The position numbers were made by a program, and so were the translations under genes. A DNA stretch of 64,000 nucleotides, from contig QHUT01000054.1 in assembly GCA_003222055.1 (NCBI GenBank), forward strand, positions 15,022-79,021. Reading direction: 5' to 3'. This document shows, piece after piece, positions 17,204 through 25,972 of the stretch (its first letter is position 1; each line of letters opens with the position of its first letter). The notes beneath the pieces were generated by a model. It was not told where the DNA came from. It searched no databases and saw nothing but the letters and a program-made list of their open reading frames with translations. The DNA is from Gemmatimonadota bacterium. Its GTDB lineage: Bacteria > Gemmatimonadota > Gemmatimonadetes > Gemmatimonadales > GWC2-71-9.

Positions 17204-18539
17204 CAGCGTGCTCCTGATCGACGACGACGCCGATGTGCTGCGCGCGGTCGGCGATTACTTCGACCGCATCGGCTACGAGGTGGGCCGGGCGGCGACCGCC
17301 CAGGCGGGGCTCGACGCGTTCGACCGGCTCCGCCCCGACGTGGTGATTCTCGACCTGCATTTGCCCGACGTGGGTGGGCTCGAGGTGCTCGAGCGGCTCC
17401 GCTCGCACGGTGGCTCGGTCATTTTGCTCACGGGCCAGGGGGACATCGAAACGGCGGTGCGGGCCATGCAGCTCGGTGCCGAGCACTTCCTCACGAAGCC
17501 GGTCGATCTGAACCACCTCGCGGCCGCCACGGCGCGGGTGTCCGAGAAGATCCGCCTGGTGCGCCAGAACGCGATGCTGCGGGCGCGCGAGCACGAGGAC
17601 GAGGGGCTCGAGTCGCTGGGCGCGTCGCCGGCGATGCGCGAGCTGGGACGCCAGATCGAGCTGCTCGCGGCGAGCGAGCGCTCCACGGTGCTGCTCACGG
17701 GCGAGAGCGGCACGGGCAAGGGCTGGGTGGCGCGCATCATCCATCATCTCTCGCCGCGCGCGAGCGGTCCGTTCGTCGAGGTGAACTGCGGCGGCCTCTC
17801 GGCCACGTTCCTCGAGTCGGAGCTGTTCGGGCACGAGAAGGGCGCCTTCACCGACGCCAAGGACCGCCGCCAGGGCCTGTTCGAGCTCGCCGACCGCGGC
17901 ACCATCTTCCTCGACGAAATCGGTGATCTCGCGTCCGAGCTGCAGCCCAAGCTGCTGCACGTGCTCGAGACGAAGACGTTCCGACGGCTGGGCGGGAGCC
18001 GCGAGATTACGGTGGACGTGCGCCTCGTCGCGGCGACCAATCGCGATCTCGTGGCGGACGTGCACGCCGGACGGTTCCGCGAGGATCTGTACTACCGCTT
18101 GAGCGTCATGCCGCTGCGCCTGCCCGCCGTGCGCGAGCGGTCGCGCGACGACCGGCTCGCGCTCCTGACCCGCATCCTGGCCGACTTCGCCCCGCAGATG
18201 CCCGGGTGCCCCAGCGCCTGCAGCGCGGAGGCGCTGGACCGCTTGCTCTCCGCGCCCTGGCCCGGCAACGTGCGCGAGATGCGCAACGTGGTCGAGCGCG
18301 CGATGATCCTGGCCAGGGGCGCGGCGCAGCTCGGCGTCGAGCATCTTCCGGCCGACCTGCGCAAGGCCGGGGGCGGGGACAAGCGCCACCAGCCGCAGGC
18401 GCTCGCGGACGTGGAGCGGGTGCACATCGAGAAGACCCTCAGGTTCCACGGCGGCAACCGCACCCGCGCCGCCCTGGAGCTCGGCATTTCGCGGGCGACG
18501 CTGATCAATAAAATTAAGGTGTACGGGCTCGACCTCTGA
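17196..18539 (+). CDS. Sigma-54-dependent response regulator (NtrC family: REC + AAA+ + Fis HTH)
   Basis: Receiver domain LLIDDD...VVILDLHLPD. AAA+ motifs GESGTGKG and GAFTDA. C-terminal HTH RAALELGISRATLINKIKVYGL. Confidence 0.9.
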   Translation: MPDSVLLIDDDADVLRAVGDYFDRIGYEVGRAATAQAGLDAFDRLRPDVVILDLHLPDVGGLEVLERLRSHGGSVILLTGQGDIETAVRAMQLGAEHFLTKPVDLNHLAAATARVSEKIRLVRQNAMLRAREHEDEGLESLGASPAMRELGRQIELLAASERSTVLLTGESGTGKGWVARIIHHLSPRASGPFVEVNCGGLSATFLESELFGHEKGAFTDAKDRRQGLFELADRGTIFLDEIGDLASELQPKLLHVLETKTFRRLGGSREITVDVRLVAATNRDLVADVHAGRFREDLYYRLSVMPLRLPAVRERSRDDRLALLTRILADFAPQMPGCPSACSAEALDRLLSAPWPGNVREMRNVVERAMILARGAAQLGVEHLPADLRKAGGGDKRHQPQALADVERVHIEKTLRFHGGNRTRAALELGISRATLINKIKVYGLDL

Positions 18540-18546
18540 GGCGACC

Positions 18547-18735
18547 ATGACCGAGAAACCGAAACTGATGGAGCACGATGCGATGGTGTGCCGCTACTGC
18601 GGCAATGAAGAGCGTGCCTCGGAGGGATACCCCTGCGCGGACTGCGGGACCTTCATCTGTCTCATCTGCTCGTTTCGCGGGATCACGCGTTGCAAGGCGT
18701 GCGAGGACAAGGCGAAGGCGGCGAAGCAGGCCTAG
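18547..18735 (+). CDS. Small Cys-rich protein (four CxxC pairs, double zinc-ribbon-like), 62 aa
   Basis: The sequence reads CRYC...CADC...CLIC...CKAC. GAGG lies 5 nt before the ATG, 7 nt after the NtrC-like stop. Third codon positions are mostly G/C in this frame. Confidence 0.55.
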   Translation: MTEKPKLMEHDAMVCRYCGNEERASEGYPCADCGTFICLICSFRGITRCKACEDKAKAAKQA

Positions 18736-19352
18736 CCCGCCCCACGCCGCTTGCGGATCTCCCGCTGCACGTCGTCGGGCGAGGTCCCGAGCTCCTTCGC
18801 GAGCTTCTGCACCGCGTCGCCCACCCCCGCCCAATCGCCCGCGGCCGCTAGGGCGGTCAGGGCGATGTCTTCTACGACCGTCGTCCGCTCCTCCAGGTCG
18901 CGTGTCCGCACCGCGACTTCACGCGCCAGCCACTGCTCCAGCTCGCGCCGGTCGACCTCGAGCTGCCGCTGCCGCAATGCGCCCTGCAACGACAGCTCCA
19001 GCTCGTCCAGGTCGACTGGCTTGATGAGGTAATCGTACGCGCCCAGCTTCAGACACTCGATCGCGGTCCGTGGCTCGTCGATCGCCGTCAGCATGATGAT
19101 GGCGAGGTCGGAATCGGCGGCCAGCGCCTTGGGCACGAGCTCCACGCCGCTCATGTTCGGCATGCGGATGTCGGAGAGCATCACGTGCGGCTGCTCGGTC
19201 GCCTGGCGGTCGAGCGCTTCCGCACCGCTCGACGCCTGCAGCACGCGGTAGCCGAGTCGGGTCAGAAACCGGTGCAGCGCCTGGCGGATGCCGTCTTCGT
19301 CGTCGACCACCAGCACGGTGGTCGGCTGGTCTTGCGGTTGGGGGTTGGGCAT
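18732..19352 (-). CDS. Response regulator, receiver domain with a helical C-terminal region and no recognisable DNA-binding domain
   Basis: TVLVVDDEDGIRQAL...HVMLSDIRMPNMSG...YDYLIKP, followed by a coiled-coil-like tail. Confidence 0.8.
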   Translation of the reverse strand: MPNPQPQDQPTTVLVVDDEDGIRQALHRFLTRLGYRVLQASSGAEALDRQATEQPHVMLSDIRMPNMSGVELVPKALAADSDLAIIMLTAIDEPRTAIECLKLGAYDYLIKPVDLDELELSLQGALRQRQLEVDRRELEQWLAREVAVRTRDLEERTTVVEDIALTALAAAGDWAGVGDAVQKLAKELGTSPDDVQREIRKRRGAG

Positions 19353-19408
19353 GCGCTAACGTATGTACCCTCCACAAGGCCAGCAAGCCGAGCTATCTTC
19401 GCGCTCCC

Positions 19409-20386
19409 ATGACGTCGTCCGATCCCACCAGCATCACCGCCGTCCCCGGACTCACCGTGGGTCATTGGACCGACCTGCCGCGGGCGACCGGATGCACCGT
19501 CGTGCTCGCGCCCGAGGGCGGGATGCGCGCGGCCGGCGCGGTGCGCGGCCGCGCCACCGGCACCCGTGAGCTCGACGCCCTCAACCCGCGCCATCTGGTC
19601 GGCCATATCGACGCGATCCTGCTCACCGGCGGCTCGGCGTACGGACTCGGAGCCGCCGACGGCGTCATGCGCTGGCTGCGCGAGCGGCACCGCGGCCTGC
19701 CGCTCGGGCCGGCGGGGGTCGTGCCGATCGTGCCGACCGCCGTGATCTTCGACTTCGACCTGGCGCCGGGCGGGAAGGCAGACCGTTGGCCGACCGCGGA
19801 CGACGCGTATCGCGCGTGCGGCGCGGCGTCCGCCGACGTGCTCGAGGGGACGGTCGGCGCGGGCACGGGCGCGACGGTGGGCAAAGCGCTGGGGCCGCGC
19901 CGCGCCATGAAGGGCGGTGTGGGGACGTGGGCGGCGCGCGGTGGAGACATTGTGGTGGGGACGCTCGTGGTGCTGAACGCGGTGGGCAACATCCTCGACG
20001 GAACGGGGTCGATCGTCGCGGGCGCCCGCCGCCCGGACGGTCGGTTCGCGGACGCGCTCGCGCATTTCGCCGGGGGCGGCGCCCCGTTCGGCCGCGCCAA
20101 CACGACCCTCGCCGTGGTGGCGACCAACGCCACGCTCGATCGCCCGGCGCTCGAGAGCCTGGCCCATGCGGCGGGAGACGCGCTCGCCCGCCGCATCGTT
20201 CCCTACGGCACCCTGTTCGACGGCGACGTCGTCTTCGCCGTGAGCACCGCCGCGGCCGTGCCCGCCACGCCGCTCCAGGCGGAGGCGCTGGCCGCGCTGG
20301 CGGTCCCGGTGGCGGTGGAGCGCGCCGTGCGGCTGGCGCGCGGTCTCGGGGACGTGCCGGGATTGGCCGACGGCGCCAAGCCGTGA
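19409..20386 (+). CDS. P1 family peptidase (DmpA/S58 L-aminopeptidase-D-esterase family)
   Basis: SITAVPGLTVGHWTDLPRATGCTVVLAPEG...AGAVRGRATGTRE, typical of the DmpA/Ntn fold. Confidence 0.75.
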   Translation: MTSSDPTSITAVPGLTVGHWTDLPRATGCTVVLAPEGGMRAAGAVRGRATGTRELDALNPRHLVGHIDAILLTGGSAYGLGAADGVMRWLRERHRGLPLGPAGVVPIVPTAVIFDFDLAPGGKADRWPTADDAYRACGAASADVLEGTVGAGTGATVGKALGPRRAMKGGVGTWAARGGDIVVGTLVVLNAVGNILDGTGSIVAGARRPDGRFADALAHFAGGGAPFGRANTTLAVVATNATLDRPALESLAHAAGDALARRIVPYGTLFDGDVVFAVSTAAAVPATPLQAEALAALAVPVAVERAVRLARGLGDVPGLADGAKP

Positions 20387-21396
20387 CCGATCGTCTCGAG
20401 CGCGACGTCGGAGACGTCGCGCGCCAATGGGTGCCCGACCCGCGGCTGGGCGTGCTCGAGGTCGCCGTCCAGCCTGCGGCGCTCACGGGCTGTACCACGA
20501 GTCGCGACGCCCTGGAGCAGCTGCGTCGCATCGCCGCCGCGGCGCGCCGCGCGGCCGACATCCGCCTCCTGCCCGACGCGTCGGTGCGCGACGCGCCCGC
20601 CGCGGTGACGACGGCCGCCGTCGCGCCGCTGTTGCGGGAGCCGCGCATCGCGGCCGACCGTGTGAGCGAGGTGCTGCACGGCGAGCCCTTGACGCTGCTC
20701 GAGCGACGCGACGGGACATGGCTGCGCGTGCGCGTGCCCGACGGCTACCATGGCTGGCTGCACGCGGGCTACGTGCAGACCGGTCCGGACGACTGGGTGG
20801 AGGACTGGACGACGCGCGCCACGGCGCGATCGCTCGGCGCGGAGCTCAAGTTCGAAGATCGGCGCTTCCGCCTGGCCGTGGGGGCGCGCCTCGTGGTGCG
20901 GCGTGACGGGCTGGTGGACACCGCGGACGGGCGCGCGTGGACCGTCGCCTGGGGCGTGGTGCGGTCCGAGCTGGAGTATCGGGCCGAAGCGCGGCTCGTC
21001 GCCGCCCCGGAGTGGGCGCAACGCTGGTTTTCCGGCGCCCCGTACCGGTGGGGCGGACGCACCGAATGGGGCGTCGATTGCTCGGGGCTGGTCCAGGCGA
21101 CGTATGCGGCCCGGGGCGTCAGCCTCCCGCGCGACAGCGATCAACAGGCACTCACCGGCCGCGCGGTCGCGATCGACGCCGCCGGCGCCGGCTACAGCGC
21201 GGGAGACATTCTCTGCTTCGCCGACGGCCAGGGCATTTCTCATGTGGCCCTGTGGGCGGGGAGCGGTCACGTCGTGCACTCGGCGCTGGCGCGTGGAGGT
21301 GTGGCATCGGACGACTTGTTCGCGGACACGCCCGCCGCCCGGCGGCTGCGGGACATGCTTGTCGCCGTGCGGCGCCCCGAGACTTCGCGCGGCTGA
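20383..21396 (+). CDS. NlpC/P60 (C40) peptidase with SH3-like N-terminal region
   Basis: PYRWGGRTEWGVDCSGLVQATYAARGVSLPRDS...GDILCF...ISHVALW. The start is GTG 20383 (GTGA overlap with the upstream stop). No signal peptide is apparent. Confidence 0.8.
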   Translation: MTDRLERDVGDVARQWVPDPRLGVLEVAVQPAALTGCTTSRDALEQLRRIAAAARRAADIRLLPDASVRDAPAAVTTAAVAPLLREPRIAADRVSEVLHGEPLTLLERRDGTWLRVRVPDGYHGWLHAGYVQTGPDDWVEDWTTRATARSLGAELKFEDRRFRLAVGARLVVRRDGLVDTADGRAWTVAWGVVRSELEYRAEARLVAAPEWAQRWFSGAPYRWGGRTEWGVDCSGLVQATYAARGVSLPRDSDQQALTGRAVAIDAAGAGYSAGDILCFADGQGISHVALWAGSGHVVHSALARGGVASDDLFADTPAARRLRDMLVAVRRPETSRG

Positions 21397-21413
21397 CGGC
21401 GTATTTTTCGCGC

Positions 21414-22115
21414 ATGAAGCTCGTGCTCTTCGACATCGACGGCACCCTCCTCTGGACTGACGGCGCCGGGCGGCGGGCGATTCACCGCGCGCTCGTCGAC
21501 GAGGCGGGCACCGCGGGGCCGATCGAGGGCTACCGGTTCGACGGGAAGACCGATCCGCAGATCGTGCGCGACCTCCTCTCGCTGGCGGGCCATCCGGCGG
21601 CGGAGGATGCGAACCGCATCGACGCGGTGTGCCGCCGCTACGTGGAACACCTGCGCGCCGAGCTCGCCAACCCCGCCCAGACGACCATGCTCATGCCGGG
21701 TACCCGGCAGCTGCTCGCTGCCCTCGAGCCGCACGAGGCGCAGCAGCGCGCGCTCGTGGGACTATTGACTGGGAACATCGCGCCCGGCGCGGCGCTGAAG
21801 CTGCGCTCGGCGGGGCTCGACCCGGCGCGCTTCCGCGTCGGCGCCTACGGGTCGGATTCCGCGCGGCGGGCGGACCTGCCGGCGGTCGCGGCACAGCGCG
21901 CGGCGCAGCTCACCCGCCGCCCGTTCGCGGGCGCCGATGTGATCGTGATCGGGGACACGCCGGACGACGTCGCGTGCGGCCGGCCGATCGGCGCCCGCAG
22001 CGTGGCCGTCGCCACCGGCTCCTACGACGTCGCGGCCCTGCGCGCCGCCGGCGCCGCGTACGTGTTCGCGACGCTCGCCGACACGGCCGCGGTGCTCGAA
22101 GCGATCTTCGCATGA
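21414..22115 (+). CDS. HAD-superfamily hydrolase (phosphoglycolate phosphatase-like)
   Basis: MKLVLFDIDGTLLWTDGAG contains the DxDGT motif. IVIGDTPDDVACG lies near the C-terminus. Confidence 0.8.
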   Translation: MKLVLFDIDGTLLWTDGAGRRAIHRALVDEAGTAGPIEGYRFDGKTDPQIVRDLLSLAGHPAAEDANRIDAVCRRYVEHLRAELANPAQTTMLMPGTRQLLAALEPHEAQQRALVGLLTGNIAPGAALKLRSAGLDPARFRVGAYGSDSARRADLPAVAAQRAAQLTRRPFAGADVIVIGDTPDDVACGRPIGARSVAVATGSYDVAALRAAGAAYVFATLADTAAVLEAIFA

Positions 22116-22702
22116 GCCGGTCCCCCCCCGCCCCGCCAGCCCTAGACGAGCTCGAGGTCAAGGCGCGGGTGGAGGATCCCGACGCGCTGCGCGCCGCCCT
22201 GATGCGCGCCGGCGCGGTCCTCGAGTTCCGGGGCGACATGCTCGACCGGCGGTTCGACCGCGACGCCCCTCCCACCCTTGCGGAGCGCGACGAGGTCCTG
22301 CGGCTGCGCGTGTACCGGCAGGCCGACGGGGTGCCGGCGTACGGGATGCTCGGTTGGAAAGGGCCGCACTCGAAGCGCGGGCGCTACCGTCGCCGCGCCG
22401 AGACCGAGGTGCGAGTCGGCGATCCGGAAGGCGTCGTGACCATTCTCGCGCGGCTCGGTTTCGCCGTGTCGCTGCGCATCGATCGGCGGGTCGAGGTCTA
22501 CCGCTTGGGGGAAGCGGTGCTGCGGCTCGAGTGGTATCCGGAAATGGACGTCCTCCTCGAGGTGGAAGGTGAGCCGGCCGACATCGAGCGGGCGATCGCG
22601 GCGACCGGTCTGGCGCGCGCGAGCTTCCTCGCGGAGTCGCTGCCGTACTTCGTCGCCGCGTTCGAGCGGCGCACCGGCCGCGCCGCCCTGCTGGCACGAT
22701 GA
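22112..22702 (+). CDS. CYTH domain protein (class IV adenylyl cyclase / triphosphatase family)
   Basis: ELEVKARV carries the ExExK signature. The size is about 196 aa. ATGA overlap with the HAD gene stop. Confidence 0.7.
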   Translation: MSRSPPAPPALDELEVKARVEDPDALRAALMRAGAVLEFRGDMLDRRFDRDAPPTLAERDEVLRLRVYRQADGVPAYGMLGWKGPHSKRGRYRRRAETEVRVGDPEGVVTILARLGFAVSLRIDRRVEVYRLGEAVLRLEWYPEMDVLLEVEGEPADIERAIAATGLARASFLAESLPYFVAAFERRTGRAALLAR

Positions 22703-23433
22703 GCCCCGGTGTGAAGATCCCGATGCCGCTGCGCGTCCCGGAGCTCGCGTCTTCGCTGGGGCGTCTGCTGGTGCCGCGTCGCTTGGAAGAACCGTGGGTG
22801 CCGCTCGACGACCTGCGCGAAGAGCTGGCGACGCGCGTGATGGAGCTGGGAGGCCAGGCACGGGCCGCGGCGGCGGGCGAAGCGCGTGAGCAGGTGCTCG
22901 AGGCCGTAAGCCGCCGCGCGTGGCTGGCGGCGTGGGAAGCCGCGGTGCGGCAGGCGGCGGCACGGGTGACGGCCGCGCTCGACGGGGAGATCGAGCGCGC
23001 GGCGCGGCGCGTCCGGATGCCGGCACGGCGGCGGCGCCGGCGGCTGCTCACGGGATCCGAAAAGCGCGCGATCGCAGCCCGCCTCGCCGCCGGCGGCGAG
23101 GCGTTTGTGGCCGCGCTCGACGCCCTCGACGGCGCGGGCCTCCTGGTTCGGGACGCGGGGGTCCTCGACAAGACGCTGCACGCCGAATGGCAGGACGCGC
23201 TGCGGGCGGCGGCCCGGCGGCTGGAGGCGGCATGGCTCGCCCTCGAGACGGGTGTGGCCGAGGAGCGGCGGCGCTGGGCGGTCGAGACCGATGCCATCGC
23301 CCGGTGGCGGCCGTCCCTCTGGCCTGTGATCGTTGGGTTGACGCCACTCGCGGCCGGGCTGATTTGGCTGGGGCTGGTCCTCGGCGGCTACCTTCCCGCC
23401 CCGGCATGGCTCGCGGGCCGGCTCGGCTTCTGA
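22699..23433 (+). CDS. Hypothetical protein, helical, Ala/Arg-rich, with a C-terminal transmembrane segment
   Basis: ATGA overlap with the CYTH stop. C-terminal WPVIVGLTPLAAGLIWLGLVLGGYL. I recognise no family. Confidence 0.5.
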   Translation: MSPGVKIPMPLRVPELASSLGRLLVPRRLEEPWVPLDDLREELATRVMELGGQARAAAAGEAREQVLEAVSRRAWLAAWEAAVRQAAARVTAALDGEIERAARRVRMPARRRRRRLLTGSEKRAIAARLAAGGEAFVAALDALDGAGLLVRDAGVLDKTLHAEWQDALRAAARRLEAAWLALETGVAEERRRWAVETDAIARWRPSLWPVIVGLTPLAAGLIWLGLVLGGYLPAPAWLAGRLGF

Positions 23434-23816
23434 GCGCGATCGGCGTCGGCGTCGACCTCGTGGAAGTGTCGCGCGTCGCGGCAATCATCGCCGACAAGGG
23501 CGCACGTGTGTTCCAGCGCCTGCTCACACGCGACGAGCGCGCGTATTGCGAGAGCCGACCCGACCCCGCGACCCACGTGGCCGTACGACTCGCGGCCAAG
23601 GAGGCGGTCTACAAGGCACTGCAGGGCACCGCGGCGGCCCGTGGCATCGGCTGGCGGGAGATCGAGATCACGCGGGCGTCCGACGGCCGGCCCGACGTGC
23701 GGCTCAGCGGCACTGCGGCCGAGCGGGCGCACGAGCTCGGCGTGGGACGCGTGCTGCTGTCGCTCTCCCACACCCACCAGGCGGCCGTAGCGGTGGTTGT
23801 GCTGGAGCGAGTGTGA
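23406..23816 (+). CDS. acpS: Holo-[acyl-carrier-protein] synthase
   Basis: IGVGVDLVEVSRV...ERAYC...RLAAKEAVYKAL...EIEI...SLSHT. The ATG at 23406 lies inside track ORF 22920..23816. Confidence 0.85.
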   Translation: MARGPARLLSAIGVGVDLVEVSRVAAIIADKGARVFQRLLTRDERAYCESRPDPATHVAVRLAAKEAVYKALQGTAAARGIGWREIEITRASDGRPDVRLSGTAAERAHELGVGRVLLSLSHTHQAAVAVVVLERV

Positions 23817-23853
23817 CGGTTTGCCTTGCATTCCCGACAAAATCACTCTAGTA

Positions 23854-25965
23854 TTGAAACTCCCCCTTCTGAGAACAGTTCTCATCTACCGTAAGTCAAT
23901 TGTCGGCTTGCTGTTGGGCACGTGCGTGGCGGCCCCCGCCGGGGCGCAGGCGATGGATTCGCTGGCCGTGGCCCGGCGCATCGTGGCCGCGGCCTCGCTC
24001 GCTGCCAAGGAGTACGCCATCGGTGTTACGCCCCGCGGGGGCCAGGTGACGAATCCCGAGGAGGTCTCGGAAGCGAAGCAGTTTCTCGACCAGGCGCGCC
24101 TCGACGTGGGCTCGCTCCCTCGGGCCGTGCGGGCGACCGCCGACTCCGATCTCGCGGCGCTGCGCGCCATGCTCGACCGGGCCGCGGCGCCGGACTCGGT
24201 CGCCGCGCGGGCCGGACTGCTCGCGCAGCGTATTGCAAGGGTCGTGGGAGGCGCGCTCGAAAGCTTCCCGGCGCGCCCGCCGTCGCTGGTGCGCGGCGCG
24301 GCCGTGTACCAGGAGCAGTGCGCGCAGTGTCACGGTCCGACCGGGCGGGGTGACGGGCCGAAGGCGAAGCACCTGGAGGGTCCGTCGCCCGCGAGCCTCG
24401 CCGACCGGGAGGGCATGAGCACGGTCTCTCCGGTGGACGTGTACCGCAAGCTCACGATCGGGGTAGCGGGCACGGCCATGCCGCAGTTCGAGGAGACGCT
24501 CTCGCCCGAGGACCGCTGGGCCGTGGCCACGTACGTGGCGACGCTGCGCGCCGACGAAGGGCTGGTCCGCGAGGGCGAGGGGCGATACGCGACGACGTGC
24601 GCGTCGTGCCACGGCGCCACCGGCGGCGGCGACGGCCCGCTCGCCGCCACGCTCTCGGTCCGGCCGCCCGCGCTCCGCGACCTCGCCGTCCAGGGCCGAT
24701 TCACCGACCGCGAGCTCGAGGGTCTCATTCTGCGGGGCCGGCCGGGGACGGCGATGCCCGGGTTTGCGCGGACGCTCGATCCCGGGGACCCGGCCAAGAT
24801 CGTGGCGTTCCTGCGGGTGCTCCCCACGGCCGAACGGCAGAAGTACGAGGCGTCCCCCGCGGCCGCGACGTTCTCCGTGGTGCGACGCCAGCTCGACTCG
24901 GCCGTGGCGGTCAAGTCCGACAAGATCGCCTTCGACGCCTATCTCAGCTTCGAACAGGTGGAGACGGAGGTGCGGGTGAAGAACCCCGCTCTCGCCGGCG
25001 AGCTCGAGCAGGCATTCACCCTGCTGCGCGCCCGGACCGCGGCCGGCGCCGGCCCGGACGAGCTGGGCGCGATCCAGGCCCGGCTGCTCGCGGATCTGGA
25101 GCGCGCCGAGCGGCTCGTCGCCGACCGCAGCTCGGGCGCCAGCCTGTTCGTGCAATCGTTCGTGCTGCTCTTGCGGGAAGGCTTCGAGGCGATCCTCATC
25201 GTCGCGGCGCTCACGGCGTTTCTCTCGAAGGCCGGCGCCCTCGAGCGCCGGCGTCACGTCGCGCGAGGCGCCTGGGCCGCGGTCGCCGCGAGCGCCGCCA
25301 CCGCGATTGTGATCGAGCTGCTGTTCGAGATCACGCCCGGCCAGCGGGAAGCGCTCGAGGGTGGCACCATGCTCCTCGCTACCGCCGTGTTGTTCTACGT
25401 CAGCTATTGGCTGCTCTCGAAGATCGAGGTGGCCAAGTGGAATGCGTTCGTGAAGGGCCGGATGGAGGATGCGCTGTCGACCGGCTCGGGGTTCGCGCTC
25501 TCGTCGGTGGCCTTCCTCGCGGTGTATCGGGAGGGCTTCGAGACCATCCTGTTCTACAAGGCGCTGCTCTCCTCGGCGGGCTCCACCAGCGCCGCGGGAG
25601 TGGCGGGAGTTATGGCCGGGATCGCCGCGGGCGCGCTGGCGCTGGTGATCATCTACGTGGCGGTGAACCGCTTCGGGATGAAGGTGCCGCTCAAGCCGTT
25701 CTTCGCGGTGACGAGCGCGATGCTCTACTACATGGCGTTCGTGTTCGCGGGAAAGGGGATCGCGGACCTGCAGGAGTCCGGACTGGTGCGGGTGAGCGTG
25801 GTCCCATGGGCGCCTCGCATCCCGGTGCTCGGCATCTATCCGACCGTGCAATCGCTGGCGCTCCAGCTGCTGCTCCTCCTGCTGCTGCTGGTGGCCGTGG
25901 TGTGGTTGCAGCGGAACCGCTTGGGCGGAGCGGGGGGGGACCGCCGCCGGCCGTCGTTCCCGTAG
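23854..25965 (+). CDS. Cytochrome c / FTR1-family iron permease fusion (two CxxCH haem sites plus two REGFE motifs)
   Basis: CAQCHGPTGRGDGP and CASCHGATGGGDGP, then LLREGFEAILIV and VYREGFETILFY within a polytopic membrane region. A signal-like segment RKSIVGLLLGTCVAAPAGAQA is present. The start is uncertain (track ORF TTG 23797; TTG 23854 chosen). Confidence 0.8.
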   Translation: MKLPLLRTVLIYRKSIVGLLLGTCVAAPAGAQAMDSLAVARRIVAAASLAAKEYAIGVTPRGGQVTNPEEVSEAKQFLDQARLDVGSLPRAVRATADSDLAALRAMLDRAAAPDSVAARAGLLAQRIARVVGGALESFPARPPSLVRGAAVYQEQCAQCHGPTGRGDGPKAKHLEGPSPASLADREGMSTVSPVDVYRKLTIGVAGTAMPQFEETLSPEDRWAVATYVATLRADEGLVREGEGRYATTCASCHGATGGGDGPLAATLSVRPPALRDLAVQGRFTDRELEGLILRGRPGTAMPGFARTLDPGDPAKIVAFLRVLPTAERQKYEASPAAATFSVVRRQLDSAVAVKSDKIAFDAYLSFEQVETEVRVKNPALAGELEQAFTLLRARTAAGAGPDELGAIQARLLADLERAERLVADRSSGASLFVQSFVLLLREGFEAILIVAALTAFLSKAGALERRRHVARGAWAAVAASAATAIVIELLFEITPGQREALEGGTMLLATAVLFYVSYWLLSKIEVAKWNAFVKGRMEDALSTGSGFALSSVAFLAVYREGFETILFYKALLSSAGSTSAAGVAGVMAGIAAGALALVIIYVAVNRFGMKVPLKPFFAVTSAMLYYMAFVFAGKGIADLQESGLVRVSVVPWAPRIPVLGIYPTVQSLALQLLLLLLLLVAVVWLQRNRLGGAGGDRRRPSFP
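23870..23884. promoter_or_regulatory. Perfect 7-1-7 palindrome TGAGAAC-A-GTTCTCA upstream of, or at the 5' end of, the cytochrome c/FTR1 gene (candidate Fur-family operator)
   Basis: Read directly from the sequence. It lies in a short low-GC patch with TTGCAT (23826..23831), a 17-nt spacer and TAGTAT (23849..23854). Confidence 0.4.
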
Positions 25966-25972
25966 CCCGCAA

